Virus record (IMG/VR): IMGVR_UViG_3300023184_000035
Location: 32,001 to 96,000 of that record
Reading direction: 5' to 3' (one strand)
Origin: a virus
DNA: 64,000 bases
Below, piece after piece: positions 37,909-48,326 of this stretch. The notes below the pieces were generated by a model. The model did no database searches, had not been told where the DNA came from, and was given only the letters and a program-made list of their open reading frames with translations. Position 1 is the stretch's first letter, and each line of letters begins with the position of its first letter. The position numbers and the translations under genes were made by a program.

Positions 37909-38064
37909 ATGGAAAATAATTCAATCCGTTGGAACGTGCCTTACACTGCGTGGCAACCCATGTTGAACTATGCTCAAACAAAGGAACAAGCGATTGAGCA
38001 AAAACTGGCAACAGAAGATCTCTCTGAGGCTCGTACAGTGTTAAAACGGATCATGGCATTATGA
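37909..38064 (+). CDS. small hypothetical protein
   Basis: Hand-read 51-aa ORF with SD, ATGA overlap. Confidence 0.55.
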   Translation: MENNSIRWNVPYTAWQPMLNYAQTKEQAIEQKLATEDLSEARTVLKRIMAL

Positions 38065-38411
38065 AATGGTTTGCTGAAACTACAGAATGGCCCGGTGTCA
38101 CTGCACCCAACCATGTGTATCTCTTGGATGACTCAAAGAGCAAGATGTTTGCCTACGTAAAGTTTGGCACAGGACTGCCTGAAAAATTCAGCAAACCCAT
38201 TCGCATTGACATCCGTGGCCGCAAGTTCAAACTCAATCCCGAGCAGTTTGCAATCGACGTTGAGGCCGAAGTGCCAGAAGGTCGTGTGATTGAAGTGCAA
38301 GGCAGCAAGGGCGATGTGTACAAGGTCACAGAACTGCGCGGCCAGTACTCATGCACTTGTTCGGGATTCAAATTCCGTGGTGACTGCCGACACATTCGAG
38401 GTGTGCAATGA
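38061..38411 (+). CDS. SWIM zinc-finger protein
   Basis: GSKG..Y.V...CTC.GF.FR..CRH. Confidence 0.8.
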   Translation: MKWFAETTEWPGVTAPNHVYLLDDSKSKMFAYVKFGTGLPEKFSKPIRIDIRGRKFKLNPEQFAIDVEAEVPEGRVIEVQGSKGDVYKVTELRGQYSCTCSGFKFRGDCRHIRGVQ

Positions 38412-38752
38412 TTGATTGGCGAACTGATGATCTGCGAAACATGGGCATGGAACTGTCTTTGGAAACGCAACAAAGCATTGAGAGTTATTTGCTCCGTGGT
38501 TGGGCTCCTGGCGGCTACGTGACAGCCATGTTGGCGCACGATTACGAACGTGCATTTGCATGTGCAGACATTGCCAATCGACAAACCATTTGGGTGCTGT
38601 GGCGCTGGATCACAGACTATGCACCTCCACTGTGTCATGGCAGTTACAAAGCCGTTGACATGTGGCGTGATGATGTGGGTGGTTGCAGAAGCAATTATGT
38701 AAAAAAGGTAGAACAAACCGCCATGTGGAAAAAATTAAAAACTGTGGCCTAA
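38408..38752 (+). CDS. hypothetical protein
   Basis: PGG..TAML..D...A...AD..N pattern. Confidence 0.7.
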   Translation: MIDWRTDDLRNMGMELSLETQQSIESYLLRGWAPGGYVTAMLAHDYERAFACADIANRQTIWVLWRWITDYAPPLCHGSYKAVDMWRDDVGGCRSNYVKKVEQTAMWKKLKTVA

Positions 38753-38848
38753 AACACCCAAAAAAGCCTGGAAATATCCGGGGTTTGTCGCTTGCTACTT
38801 AAATATTTGTCCGCAAACTATGAAGTTTGTTTTTTAAAGGAGTCTTAA

Positions 38849-39079
38849 ATGGACAAAGCGTTTGAAATGGCCTCAGGCCTGTTGGGTCACGTAGTTGATC
38901 TTGGTGTTAAGTTGATTGCAGTTGGTGTTGTGCTCCAAATCTTGTTTGGTGCCGCAGTGCCGTTTTTGGCAATCGATGTTGTGACTAGCATAGTCAAATT
39001 GGTAACTGCACTGGGCAGTCAAGGTTTGGTTGGACTGGTTTCAATTGCAGTGATCTATTGGGCCTTCAACAAGAAATAA
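38849..39079 (+). CDS. small hydrophobic membrane protein
   Basis: Strong SD, TAAATA upstream, highly hydrophobic. Confidence 0.75.
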   Translation: MDKAFEMASGLLGHVVDLGVKLIAVGVVLQILFGAAVPFLAIDVVTSIVKLVTALGSQGLVGLVSIAVIYWAFNKK

Positions 39080-39098
39080 ACTTCTTGCCAGACTCATA

Positions 39099-39123
39099 AA
39101 AAAACCACCCTAGGGTGGTTTTT
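39099..39123. terminator. bidirectional terminator
   Basis: A-run ACCACC-CTAG-GGTGGT T-run between convergent genes. Confidence 0.8.
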
Positions 39124-39128
39124 CTTTG

Positions 39129-39356
39129 TTACGCAGCGTCTATAAACTTCTTGAGTTCTTCGGCCTTGGCCACAATATCCGTACTGGACGGAAAATCTGG
39201 CATGGTTGGGTACGGAAGGATTCCACGATTGGCATCATTCAGTTTGGAATGATATTCATCGCTGAGTCGACTACGTTGTTCGTAGACTGGCGCTTGGAGG
39301 ATTTCTTTGGCCAGGGTGAGAAGTTCGAGACGTATCTCGTAAGGTGTTTTGCTCAT
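39129..39356 (-). CDS. conserved phage protein (TPYEIRLELL motif)
   Basis: AAGGAG SD; motif common in T4-like phages. Confidence 0.75.
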   Translation of the reverse strand: MSKTPYEIRLELLTLAKEILQAPVYEQRSRLSDEYHSKLNDANRGILPYPTMPDFPSSTDIVAKAEELKKFIDAA

Positions 39357-39524
39357 ATTTTTCTCCTTGTGTGTATGTGTGTTTAACACGAGCTGTGACT
39401 TTCATCACGCAAATATTTAGTCTGGCAAAACTCATGCCCAAAATTTCTTGCATTACAACACAAACCCATGTATACTTGTGGAATGCTGTGATGCAACAGC
39501 TAATTTTATTTAAAGGAGTATTTT

Positions 39525-39791
39525 ATGCATTTCAATCCCGAAACCAAAACCTACAAACTGTTCCATGCCTTGTACAATGGCGAAGCAGTGACTGCCAGCC
39601 AAGCACAACACCGCTTTGGCATCAAGAACATCTCGGCTGAAGTTAGCCGTGTTCGCCAAGCTGGTTATGCAGTTTACGCCAACAGCCGCAAAGCTGGTAA
39701 CGGCGTCAAAGTCACTGAGTATGCAATTGGCAAACCCAGCCGCAAGCTGATTGCTGCCGGTTACAAAGCAATGGCACTTGGTTTGGCCTAA
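39525..39791 (+). CDS. winged-HTH DNA-binding protein
   Basis: L..GE.VT.......FGIKN.SA.VS.VR..GY. Confidence 0.75.
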   Translation: MHFNPETKTYKLFHALYNGEAVTASQAQHRFGIKNISAEVSRVRQAGYAVYANSRKAGNGVKVTEYAIGKPSRKLIAAGYKAMALGLA

Positions 39792-39890
39792 ACCAACTCG
39801 CTGTCCAATTCACACTGGACACTACGACAAAACCCTGCAACCAGCAGGGTTTTTTCTTGACCGATAATTCTGTATCGTGTATAATACACT

Positions 39891-40349
39891 ATGATTAAAG
39901 AACTCTTTCAACGTTGGGATCGGCACCGTGTGATCATGGACCGTGTGAATGGCGAACCTTATTTGGAACGCTACTACGTGTTCCTCAAAGATCGCAAGCG
40001 TTTTCCATTCAACATCTTTGTGCATAAATTTTTGAAGTCTGATCCGGACGATGTGCATGATCATCCCTGGCCCTACTTCACTGTCATATTAAAGGGTGGC
40101 TACTGGGAATGGATTCCAGTGTTCAACACACGTGGCGAGAAAATACATGAATATTGTGTTTGGCGCAGACCTGGCAGTTTTAGATTTTCTGGTGCCAACA
40201 CCTATCACAGAATTGAATTGGATCCAGCAGTAGAATGTTGGACACTATTCATGCCCGGTCGTAAACAACGTGACTGGGGATTCCTGGTCAAGAACAAATG
40301 GGTGCAATGGCAAGATTATTTGGCCTTGCGCAAGAGTCAATCAACTTGA
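39891..40349 (+). CDS. cupin-like phage protein
   Basis: HDHPW, GGYWE, HRIEL, WGF; follows promoter 39857-39885. Confidence 0.75.
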   Translation: MIKELFQRWDRHRVIMDRVNGEPYLERYYVFLKDRKRFPFNIFVHKFLKSDPDDVHDHPWPYFTVILKGGYWEWIPVFNTRGEKIHEYCVWRRPGSFRFSGANTYHRIELDPAVECWTLFMPGRKQRDWGFLVKNKWVQWQDYLALRKSQST

Positions 40350-40359
40350 AAGTAAATAT

Positions 40360-40767
40360 ATGACAGACATAGGACAGTTTCTCATGGAATTTGGCGACTT
40401 TTTGATTTATGCTGGCATTGGTTGGTTGCTCACCAGCCTGACACTAATGGTATTGGGAATGTTTGTGCGTTGGTATCTTGAACGCCGAATCGGCCAGGAA
40501 CTAAACTCTGTGGGACAGGCCCTAGACGAAGAAAAGTTAATTGCACTCACAGTGGAGGTTGACCAAAATCAATATTTCTGTTACAATTCACTCACAAGTG
40601 ATTTTGTTTGTCAAGGTTCAGACTTGAAGGAAATACGTGAACGATTTCGTGAGAGATATCCTGACAAAGATGCAGCCATATATGACGGCGACGAGTCCGC
40701 AGTGACCACACTAAAATCGCAACTCAAAGATTTAAAGAAACAAAATGAAAATAGCATTAGCATCTGA
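40360..40767 (+). CDS. membrane-anchored hypothetical protein
   Basis: N-terminal TM. Confidence 0.65.
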   Translation: MTDIGQFLMEFGDFLIYAGIGWLLTSLTLMVLGMFVRWYLERRIGQELNSVGQALDEEKLIALTVEVDQNQYFCYNSLTSDFVCQGSDLKEIRERFRERYPDKDAAIYDGDESAVTTLKSQLKDLKKQNENSISI

Positions 40768-41578
40768 CGTACACCTGGAATTTGGTGACCTAGACTTTGA
40801 CAACACAGACAACGCTGACGTGTTGATCTTGGGCGGTGACATCTGTGTGGGCAACGACATCACACAACGTGATCCTTACAACACCATGGGCGAAGAATAT
40901 CGTAGCAATCGTTATCATGATTTCTTTCAACGATGCAGTGCTAGATTCCCGCATGTGATTTTCATTGTGGGCAATCACGAACATTATCATGGTGACTTTG
41001 CCAAGACTGTGCCGCACTTCAAAGATGTCCTGGGTTATTTGACAAACCTGCATGTTCTTGAAAAAGAAACTTTTGTGCTGGATGATGTCACATTCATTGG
41101 CGGCACCTTATGGACCGACATGAACCGGCGTAGCATTCGTACCTTGCATGAGATTTCACGCATGATGAACGATTTTCGTTGTGTAGACAACAGTGCCAAA
41201 AGCAGTGATCAGCGTGGTTGGAATCCTCGCTTCTCCACAACAGACGCCGCAGATGATCATGATGCCATGCTGGAATACATTCGCCTAGTGATCGAAGGCA
41301 AGTTTGATCAGAAGTTTGTGGTGGTGGGACATCATGCGCCCAGCAGACTCAGCACACACCCAAGATATGCCCATGAGTCCATTATGAATGGTGGCTACAG
41401 TTCGGAACTGGATGACTTTATTCTGGATCATCCACAGATCCGGTTGTGGACACATGGTCACACTCACGAGGATTTTGACTACTGCATTGGCAGTACTCGA
41501 ATCCTGTGCAACCCAAGAGGTTACATCAACTATGAAGAAAGGGCAGATCAATGGCGACTGAAAACAGTGGAAGTGTAA
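40745..41578 (+). CDS. calcineurin-like metallophosphoesterase
   Basis: SDVHLE, GGDI, GNHE, GHHAP, HGHTH, NPRGY. Confidence 0.9.
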   Translation: MKIALASDVHLEFGDLDFDNTDNADVLILGGDICVGNDITQRDPYNTMGEEYRSNRYHDFFQRCSARFPHVIFIVGNHEHYHGDFAKTVPHFKDVLGYLTNLHVLEKETFVLDDVTFIGGTLWTDMNRRSIRTLHEISRMMNDFRCVDNSAKSSDQRGWNPRFSTTDAADDHDAMLEYIRLVIEGKFDQKFVVVGHHAPSRLSTHPRYAHESIMNGGYSSELDDFILDHPQIRLWTHGHTHEDFDYCIGSTRILCNPRGYINYEERADQWRLKTVEV

Positions 41579-43285
41579 AAAACTGGTTGCGTTATTCGGG
41601 ATTCAGTGTTATACTAATAGGAAATCCTTGTCATTGGAGTTGGCTGCCTTGGGCACGACAGGAAGCCAATGACGGATGGCCCAGCCCTAACGAACGCACA
41701 TACAGCGTGGGTTGGATTTTTTTAACTTTGAGAATATGGATTGATGATGGAAGCTGGTAAAACAAAAACTCGTTTTGACATGGAACAAGAAATCATGCAG
41801 GCCTGGCAAGTGCTGGATGATATCAAGATGTTGAGTGCTCGTGAGGGCACTGAGAAGGAAGACTGGGACGCAGTGTATCGACTGTATCAAATACGTTTTG
41901 AAACGCTGTTTGAAACATTTGAACAACTGATCAAAGCAGGCACTATACTGTGATGCGCAGAATGATCCTGACCCGCCATCAGTGGGAACAGGTAAGTGTG
42001 TGGTTGGCCTTGAATCAACAGGTGAACGAAATAGAGATTGTGGAATCAAAGACCACAGGTATTGGACTGGATCACACTGCCAAGTTCTTTTACAAAGAAC
42101 ATATATTGTTGAGTGAGATGGACATAACTGATACATCAACTTGGTAAGGATCTGAAATGATTAGTGCAGTACTATTTTTAATTGCCTTAGTGGGCTGGGG
42201 GTGGCTGGTGTTTGGAAATCATTTTACATGGGCAGAGCGCCGTAAACAATTATGTAGTATCGGTGAACACTGGTTGACCGGCACGGGAACGATTTGGCAT
42301 AACAAGCACGGCGAGTACTTCACTGGACGGCATTGTTGTGCCTGCGATTATTGGGAAGTCACAAAGGTTGAAGAATGAAAATGTATAAACACAGCAATGG
42401 TAAAATACATTTCTATCCTGAGCATATTCCCCAAGGATGGGTGGTGTTCCTGGACCCAAGAACATTTGAATCAGTATGGCGTAGGATTCGAGGTAGACAA
42501 TGACTCCAGAGCAACAGATCAAAGCCGCTGAAGAATGGGCTAGACTCAGAGTAGAAGCTGCCGAAGCTGATCGTGACTATGCACTAGGCTTGGCCAGTGC
42601 CGCACACCTGGAATTGATGCAGGCCATCAAGTATGGATTCAATCCCAAGTCTGCACACAGTACGCTGATCAGCATTGGTAAACTGAGCCCAAGGCTAAAT
42701 CAAATAAGAGAAGCATATGAACGAAAAGTTTAAGCAACTGGCTCTCGAGGCCAAGATGGCGACTGCTGATTTTGATGCGGGCTCATACTATGTGGCCACA
42801 CCAGACCGCATGCAACTGTTTGCCGAGCTGATTGTGCGAGAATGTGCCCTTGCCGGTTTAGAAACTCACGGTAATTATGATGTTCATGATGACATTTTGA
42901 AACATTTTGGATTTGGAGTTGAAGAATGAGCAATGAAATCACAACAGAAATGCTGGACCGCAAGATTGCATGGTGTGAGCAAAACGCATTTTGGGGTCGA
43001 GGTTCTGCCATACAGCGTATGCAGGATTTCTACTTTGAAAAGACCCGTGACACAGTGAATGAGCCTTGGCCTGAAAGTTTTACCCTGGACGATCTTGCCA
43101 AAGCATTGAATGTGGAACGTGTGAGTTATAGAATCTACTATAGCCGAGATAATCTTACATTGAGACTGTTTGTGTTCCGTGCCCACTGCACCGAGTCTGA
43201 AGAGCAAAAGATGTTGGCCCTGGGATTTGTACATGCCAAAGACGGCGACACTGAAAATATACCTAACAAGGAACTTGTAGAATGA
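41551..43285 (+). CDS. run of small hypothetical genes (41551-41760, 41741-41953, 41950-42147, 42157-42378, 42500-42733, 42717-42929, 42926-43285)
   Basis: Tightly packed/overlapping same-strand ORFs. Confidence 0.6.
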
Positions 43286-44007
43286 AAATTTACATCAGCG
43301 GATATCGAGATCATTGGATCTCACCTTACACCATGTTGGACTATGTGTTCTTCTGGACTGACTGGTCCAAGTGTTCTCGTTGGACTACGGAACAAGCACT
43401 TGAAGATTATCGCCGAGAAAAATCCCAGTTTGTGGAACGTCCTGACTGGTGTGAAACATGGAGTGACCGTCTTACACCCGTCAGTCAGGCCATCATGTGG
43501 GTGCTGGATCGTGTGCATCCAGCCATCAACTACATCAAGATTGACCGCTACGATACCTGGAGCATGGATTCGACCTTGAGTCCCATTATCCTGCCCATGC
43601 TGAAACAACTGAAAGAAAAAAAGCATGGCGCACCGTTTGTGGATGACGAAGATGTGCCCGAACACCTGCGTAGCACCGCCGCCCCGCCCAAAGAAAACGA
43701 ATATGATACTGATGATCACCACTTTGCACGTTGGGACTGGGTCATGGATGAAATGATCTTTGCATTTGAGTGCAAGGTAGATAACTCATGGGAAGATGCT
43801 TTCCGTGAAGGTGAACATGACCTACTTTGGATACCAGTAGACAAAGACGGCAATGAAGTGCCCAAAGGTGAACACAAGTATTATCAAATGGGCAAAGGTC
43901 CCAAAGACACCTACAAGTGCGATTACGAAGGCATGAAAGTGGTACAAGCACGTATCAGCAATGGTTTCCGACTGTTTGGCAAGTACTACGAAGGCCTGTG
44001 GGACTGA
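43282..44007 (+). CDS. conserved hypothetical phage protein
   Basis: IDRYDTWSMD.TL, W..VMDEMI.AF, GF.LFGKYY..LWD. Confidence 0.8.
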   Translation: MKIYISGYRDHWISPYTMLDYVFFWTDWSKCSRWTTEQALEDYRREKSQFVERPDWCETWSDRLTPVSQAIMWVLDRVHPAINYIKIDRYDTWSMDSTLSPIILPMLKQLKEKKHGAPFVDDEDVPEHLRSTAAPPKENEYDTDDHHFARWDWVMDEMIFAFECKVDNSWEDAFREGEHDLLWIPVDKDGNEVPKGEHKYYQMGKGPKDTYKCDYEGMKVVQARISNGFRLFGKYYEGLWD

Positions 44008-44529
44008 TGTTCGGCACCAACTACAACGATCACAGAGCGGCTGCTGGATTTGCTGAAAAGAGTCAACGGGAAGCTGATGCATTCTTTTATTACAAAGCCG
44101 CCTGGACCCTACAGTTTGCATGGAGGCCACATCGTTGTGAACTTACCAAGAAAATTATTTGGTTGCAGTCGGCCTATCAAGGCTGTGCCAGTTACGGTGA
44201 TCCGAGTGAAGCAGTATATGAATATCGTTGGCATGATCGCCATGAACATTTGATTTGGGTATTAAAAGGACCATATGGGTGATACAGCATTTGAAAATAT
44301 GATGTCGGATTTGATGGACAGGGATGCCAGAGTGGAACGACAACACAGTATTTCTGAAACAGATTATCATATGTGGCAGAGAGCATTTACATTTGAAGGT
44401 ATCAAGGGTCAACGATACGGACAGAGTTTTTGCAATCATTTTGACATCACAGACTATGTGCTGTTTTACAAAATAGATTGGGAAAGTGCTGACCAACACA
44501 TAAGGACAGTGTATCTTGACCAGTGCTGA
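44007..44529 (+). CDS. two hypothetical genes (44007-44282, 44275-44529)
   Basis: Overlapping ORFs. Confidence 0.6.
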
Positions 44530-44743
44530 TCACCCACATGGCCTGACACTAGATTGGGTACCGACAGATATCATAGAACTGTGGAACCAGCGCATGGCCC
44601 GAGTAGTAGAACTGTTTGGCTTGCCTGGTGATAGATATGTCACAGACATCAATGTAAATGAAATGACCTTTTGGTTCCGCGACGCCAACGATGCACTGCT
44701 GTTTAGATTGTGCCATGGAAACAGTAGACTACGTACGGCTTAA
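44516..44743 (+). CDS. small protein, F-x-F-x4-D..F.L family
   Basis: C-terminal FWFRDANDALLFRL. Confidence 0.65.
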   Translation: MTSADHPHGLTLDWVPTDIIELWNQRMARVVELFGLPGDRYVTDINVNEMTFWFRDANDALLFRLCHGNSRLRTA

Positions 44744-44942
44744 TTGTGGTTCTCAACAGGCCTTGGCCTACAAGCATCAGTTGGATATTGACGGACTCAT
44801 AGTCAACCAAGACTATACCTGGCGATATCAAAAACCTGTGTACGATGAGTTTGCCTGGACTGATTCGGAAGTCAGCAATGTCACATTCACATTCCGAAAT
44901 CCCATGTTGGCCACATTCTATCAGTTAAAGTGGTGTCGGTAA
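44715..44942 (+). CDS. small protein, F.LxW family
   Basis: C-terminal FTFRNPMLATFYQLKW. Confidence 0.65.
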   Translation: METVDYVRLNCGSQQALAYKHQLDIDGLIVNQDYTWRYQKPVYDEFAWTDSEVSNVTFTFRNPMLATFYQLKWCR

Positions 44943-44949
44943 ATATCCC

Positions 44950-45741
44950 ATGCGATATTTACTATTGACCCTGCTATTCACAGCAACCACAGCACTAGCA
45001 CGTGAGCCCAGTGTTTACGTATACAACGAAACCTCAGATCAAATTGAATACCAACGCAACTCAACAGAGTATCGGCCCATTGCCAGCATCACCAAGTTGA
45101 TGACAGCCATGGTGGCCCTGGACCACAGCAAAGACCTGTTTCGTCAGCTGCCACTCAACACCACTGTCAAAAGCAACTTGCCACGTGGCACATACACACG
45201 CCAAGAACTGTTTACGGCCATGCTGGTGCGAAGTGACAATGCAGCCGCAGAAACCTTGGCTGGGGACTATCCCGGTGGTAGGAAAGAGTTCGTTTGGCGC
45301 ATGAATCAACAGGCCAAGGAGTGGGGCATCAATGCTGTATTCCGTGACCCCACTGGCTTGGACGCACACAACATGGCCACTGCTGGCGATGTGGGCACCA
45401 TGGCTGGGTATGCCGCGGGCTACTGGGTCATACGTGATGCTAGTGTTAAAAAGACTGTGGCCTTTGAACGCAAATTCAAGAAGCGACTACGCACAATACA
45501 ACTCAACAACACCAATAGACCCATACTAATGGAGTTTGATGAAATCATTGCGTCAAAAACTGGTTTCACCAATCCAGCAGGATACTGTGTTGCCCTGGTG
45601 GTAGAACATCAAAAACAACGGCGAGTAATTGTGGTTCTGGGTGAGCGCAACAAATCACGCAGAATAGACACTGTGCAGGACATCATGTACAATCATGTGC
45701 TGGATCAAAATTTGCAGGATCCAAGTTATATCAATAATTAA
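44950..45741 (+). CDS. D-alanyl-D-alanine endo/carboxypeptidase (peptidase S11, PBP7-like)
   Basis: Signal peptide, SITK (SxxK), SDN, KTG. Confidence 0.92.
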   Translation: MRYLLLTLLFTATTALAREPSVYVYNETSDQIEYQRNSTEYRPIASITKLMTAMVALDHSKDLFRQLPLNTTVKSNLPRGTYTRQELFTAMLVRSDNAAAETLAGDYPGGRKEFVWRMNQQAKEWGINAVFRDPTGLDAHNMATAGDVGTMAGYAAGYWVIRDASVKKTVAFERKFKKRLRTIQLNNTNRPILMEFDEIIASKTGFTNPAGYCVALVVEHQKQRRVIVVLGERNKSRRIDTVQDIMYNHVLDQNLQDPSYINN

Positions 45742-45746
45742 AGTTA

Positions 45747-45980
45747 ATGCAACTGTTAACTCAAGGCACCATACGTCTCAGCGCAAGTTTCACTCACGCA
45801 CAAGAAATTGCCCGACCTTTTGGCCAAATTGATCGAATCATAGAGTGGTGCAAGACCGAACTCATTGGCGACTGGCGCTGGCAAGTGGTCACAACCAGCA
45901 GTGACCGTGCCCCGGGACGCTACATTTTCTACTTTGACTCAGACCGTGACGCTGCCGCGTTTGCACTGTTCTGGTCCTAA
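45747..45980 (+). CDS. small protein, F.LxW family
   Basis: EWC...W; FYFDSDRDAAAFALFW. Confidence 0.7.
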   Translation: MQLLTQGTIRLSASFTHAQEIARPFGQIDRIIEWCKTELIGDWRWQVVTTSSDRAPGRYIFYFDSDRDAAAFALFWS

Positions 45981-46053
45981 AACCAATACTTTTTACTGCT
46001 TGACTGAATATTCCTGATCTGTTAAACTACAGGCATACGTTAGGAGTTGAAGA

Positions 46054-46930
46054 ATGAAAGTGATCAAACTCAATCGGCGATTCAAAGTACACAAGGCACG
46101 AGGTCATGAAGTGGCTGTGAAGTTTGTCAGCTATTTTGAGGCCAGAGAGTTGGAACTGGTGTGCCGGGCTCGACTGGGCGAAAACTTCATATGGAACCCA
46201 GAAGGCACCTGGTACGGGTGGTATGGAAAGAAACGCTACGGTCACTATGCCCCACCATATTTCATCTCATTTCAGAAACAATCAGACTTGACTTTTGCGT
46301 TGATGTGCTTGACCAATAAATGAATCTACTGTATAATAGCGGTATTGTATTGCAAAGGATTGAAATGAATGACTGGGACCGTAATAACCTGCATTTTATT
46401 CTGGATAGTGATGAGGCTACCCTAGAGGATTTTTATTCCTGGGCCACAGAAGATGACCTGGCCTATGCCCTGAGTCTTGTGCGTGAAGCCAAAACAGAAC
46501 TGCTGTTGCAAGAAGCCGACATCTTGGATGAAATGTTGATCGCGGCCACAGAGGATGATGTGTCAGAAGCCAGCGCCATGTTAAAGCAATTTCAACTATG
46601 AGTCATCAGTTTTTGATCATGTGGTGCAATGAAGGTCTTGAGTGTTGCATAGATGTCACAGAAGACCAACAACAACGCATGTGGGAACGGCTCAAAGGTC
46701 AGCCACTTCGTGAGACTGCTATTCCCAACTACAATCATTTGTTGCTACGTGCTAGAGTCAATAGCCAACGCCACTATGAGGTCTATACTTGTGAGGCCAC
46801 AGATGGCATCACTGCTGAGGATATCAAGGAAATGTTCGAAGCCAGCCCGCAGACTGCGGCTGACACAATTCGACGCCTGGGACACTGTTTGCACAGTGAC
46901 CGGGCCACAAACAAGGTGTTGATCACCTGA
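46054..46930 (+). CDS. three hypothetical genes (46054-46323, 46365-46601, 46598-46930)
   Basis: SD sites; promoter TTGACC-17-TATAAT at 46309. Confidence 0.65.
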
Positions 46931-46938
46931 AAGAACGT

Positions 46939-47130
46939 TCCGCTTGGTTCGCGGATACTGTGACCCGCAGGATGAGAAGTGAGGTGACTCTCAAGGGTGG
47001 TACCACTCCTACCGAAGTGGCGCTGGCAATGCGAGAACGGACCCTGTCGGGAAGCGGGTGGAAGGTGTGTGAGATTTGCGGGGCAACCCAAGAGATGATA
47101 CACTAAATTACCGCCGGGGGTCGCAGAGCA
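46939..47130 (+). ncRNA. candidate structured ncRNA
   Basis: GC-rich ORF-free region closed by CTGTGACCC/GGGTCGCAG with several internal stems. Confidence 0.55.
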
Positions 47131-47228
47131 TTTTGAAAAAACATATGGTTGACATACAATTAAAAATGTATTAAACTATAAGCATGTTGGTAACAACATA
47201 CATCAATCTTTTTTTAAGGAAATAAACT

Positions 47229-47441
47229 ATGTCAGATAAAAATTATGTTATTGTTGCACGTATCAAAGGCACACGTCAACACGTAACTTCCTTCTCTAAT
47301 AATGTCAACCAGCGTATCAAACGCCTAAAAGATGACATTCTCAAACAACAGGACGAGCGGTTTAGCATTTTTAAAAATGTTGATAGCAACATGATTGAAT
47401 TTGTGGTTGCACCTGTATCACGTTCTATTGAATGGGCTTAA
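47229..47441 (+). CDS. hypothetical protein
   Basis: Promoter TTGACA-17-TAAACT and AAGGA SD. Confidence 0.65.
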   Translation: MSDKNYVIVARIKGTRQHVTSFSNNVNQRIKRLKDDILKQQDERFSIFKNVDSNMIEFVVAPVSRSIEWA

Positions 47442-47442
47442 C

Positions 47443-48201
47443 ATGACTAAAACAAACCACCGCGCTCTCGATGTTGAGCTTCAGCGACAACGTTACGGCG
47501 AAAACTCCGAACTGCTTAAAGGATTAGGATACAACACTGATGTCATGAACATCAAACGCATGTCCAAGGACCTAGCAACACAAGACACTTGGCGTTACAT
47601 GCAATCCAAGGATCTTGAAGATCTCAAAGACTGCATCACTGACTATGATTTGTATGAGTGGGCAGTCGGCACACAACTCAACAACAGTGGACTTGTTCTT
47701 GAGTTTGGCACTGCTACGGGCCGTACTCTAAATCAGTTTGCGCATTGGTTGCCGCACAACACCATCTATGGTTTTGACAGCTGGCAAGGGTTGCCAGAAA
47801 AGTTTAACGATTTGCCTGCTGGACACTTTGCACAAGAATTGCCCGAGGTGTTGCCAAACTGCAAACTAATACAAGGTTGGTTTGGTGCAAGACCCGCACA
47901 AGATCAATCCAGTATTCCAGAATTTACTGCGCAAACCTTTGCAAATGAACACAAGGAACCCATTGCATTGTTGCACTTGGATGCTGACTTGTATTCCAGT
48001 ACCAAGACAGTGCTGGATGTGTTTGCAAAACAAATTGTGCCAGGAACTGTGATTTTGTTTAACGAGTATTGGAATCATCCAACTTGGCTCAAACATGAAT
48101 ACAAAGCCTGGCAAGAGCATGTAAAAACTTTTGGACGTGATTACGAATATATTGGATATGCTAGTGATCATCAAGAAGTGGCAATTCGAGTAACCAAGTA
48201 G
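47443..48201 (+). CDS. TylF/MycF-like O-methyltransferase
   Basis: LEFGTATG, GFDSWQGLPE, LHLDADLYSST, VILFNEY. Confidence 0.88.
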   Translation: MTKTNHRALDVELQRQRYGENSELLKGLGYNTDVMNIKRMSKDLATQDTWRYMQSKDLEDLKDCITDYDLYEWAVGTQLNNSGLVLEFGTATGRTLNQFAHWLPHNTIYGFDSWQGLPEKFNDLPAGHFAQELPEVLPNCKLIQGWFGARPAQDQSSIPEFTAQTFANEHKEPIALLHLDADLYSSTKTVLDVFAKQIVPGTVILFNEYWNHPTWLKHEYKAWQEHVKTFGRDYEYIGYASDHQEVAIRVTK

Positions 48202-48326
48202 TCGACCAATAAACACATTTGTCGTATACTTGTTTCAAGCTAGGAAACTAGCTCAACGCTGACAATAAAAATAACGCAGTGACATAGGGTTGCTGTGTTA
48301 TATTTGTCACCAACAAGGAGTCTCTA

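Noticed and set aside
46939-47130. tRNA/tmRNA or hammerhead ribozyme
   Set aside because: No T-loop GTTCRA with CCA end; GGATGAG is not the hammerhead CTGATGA core
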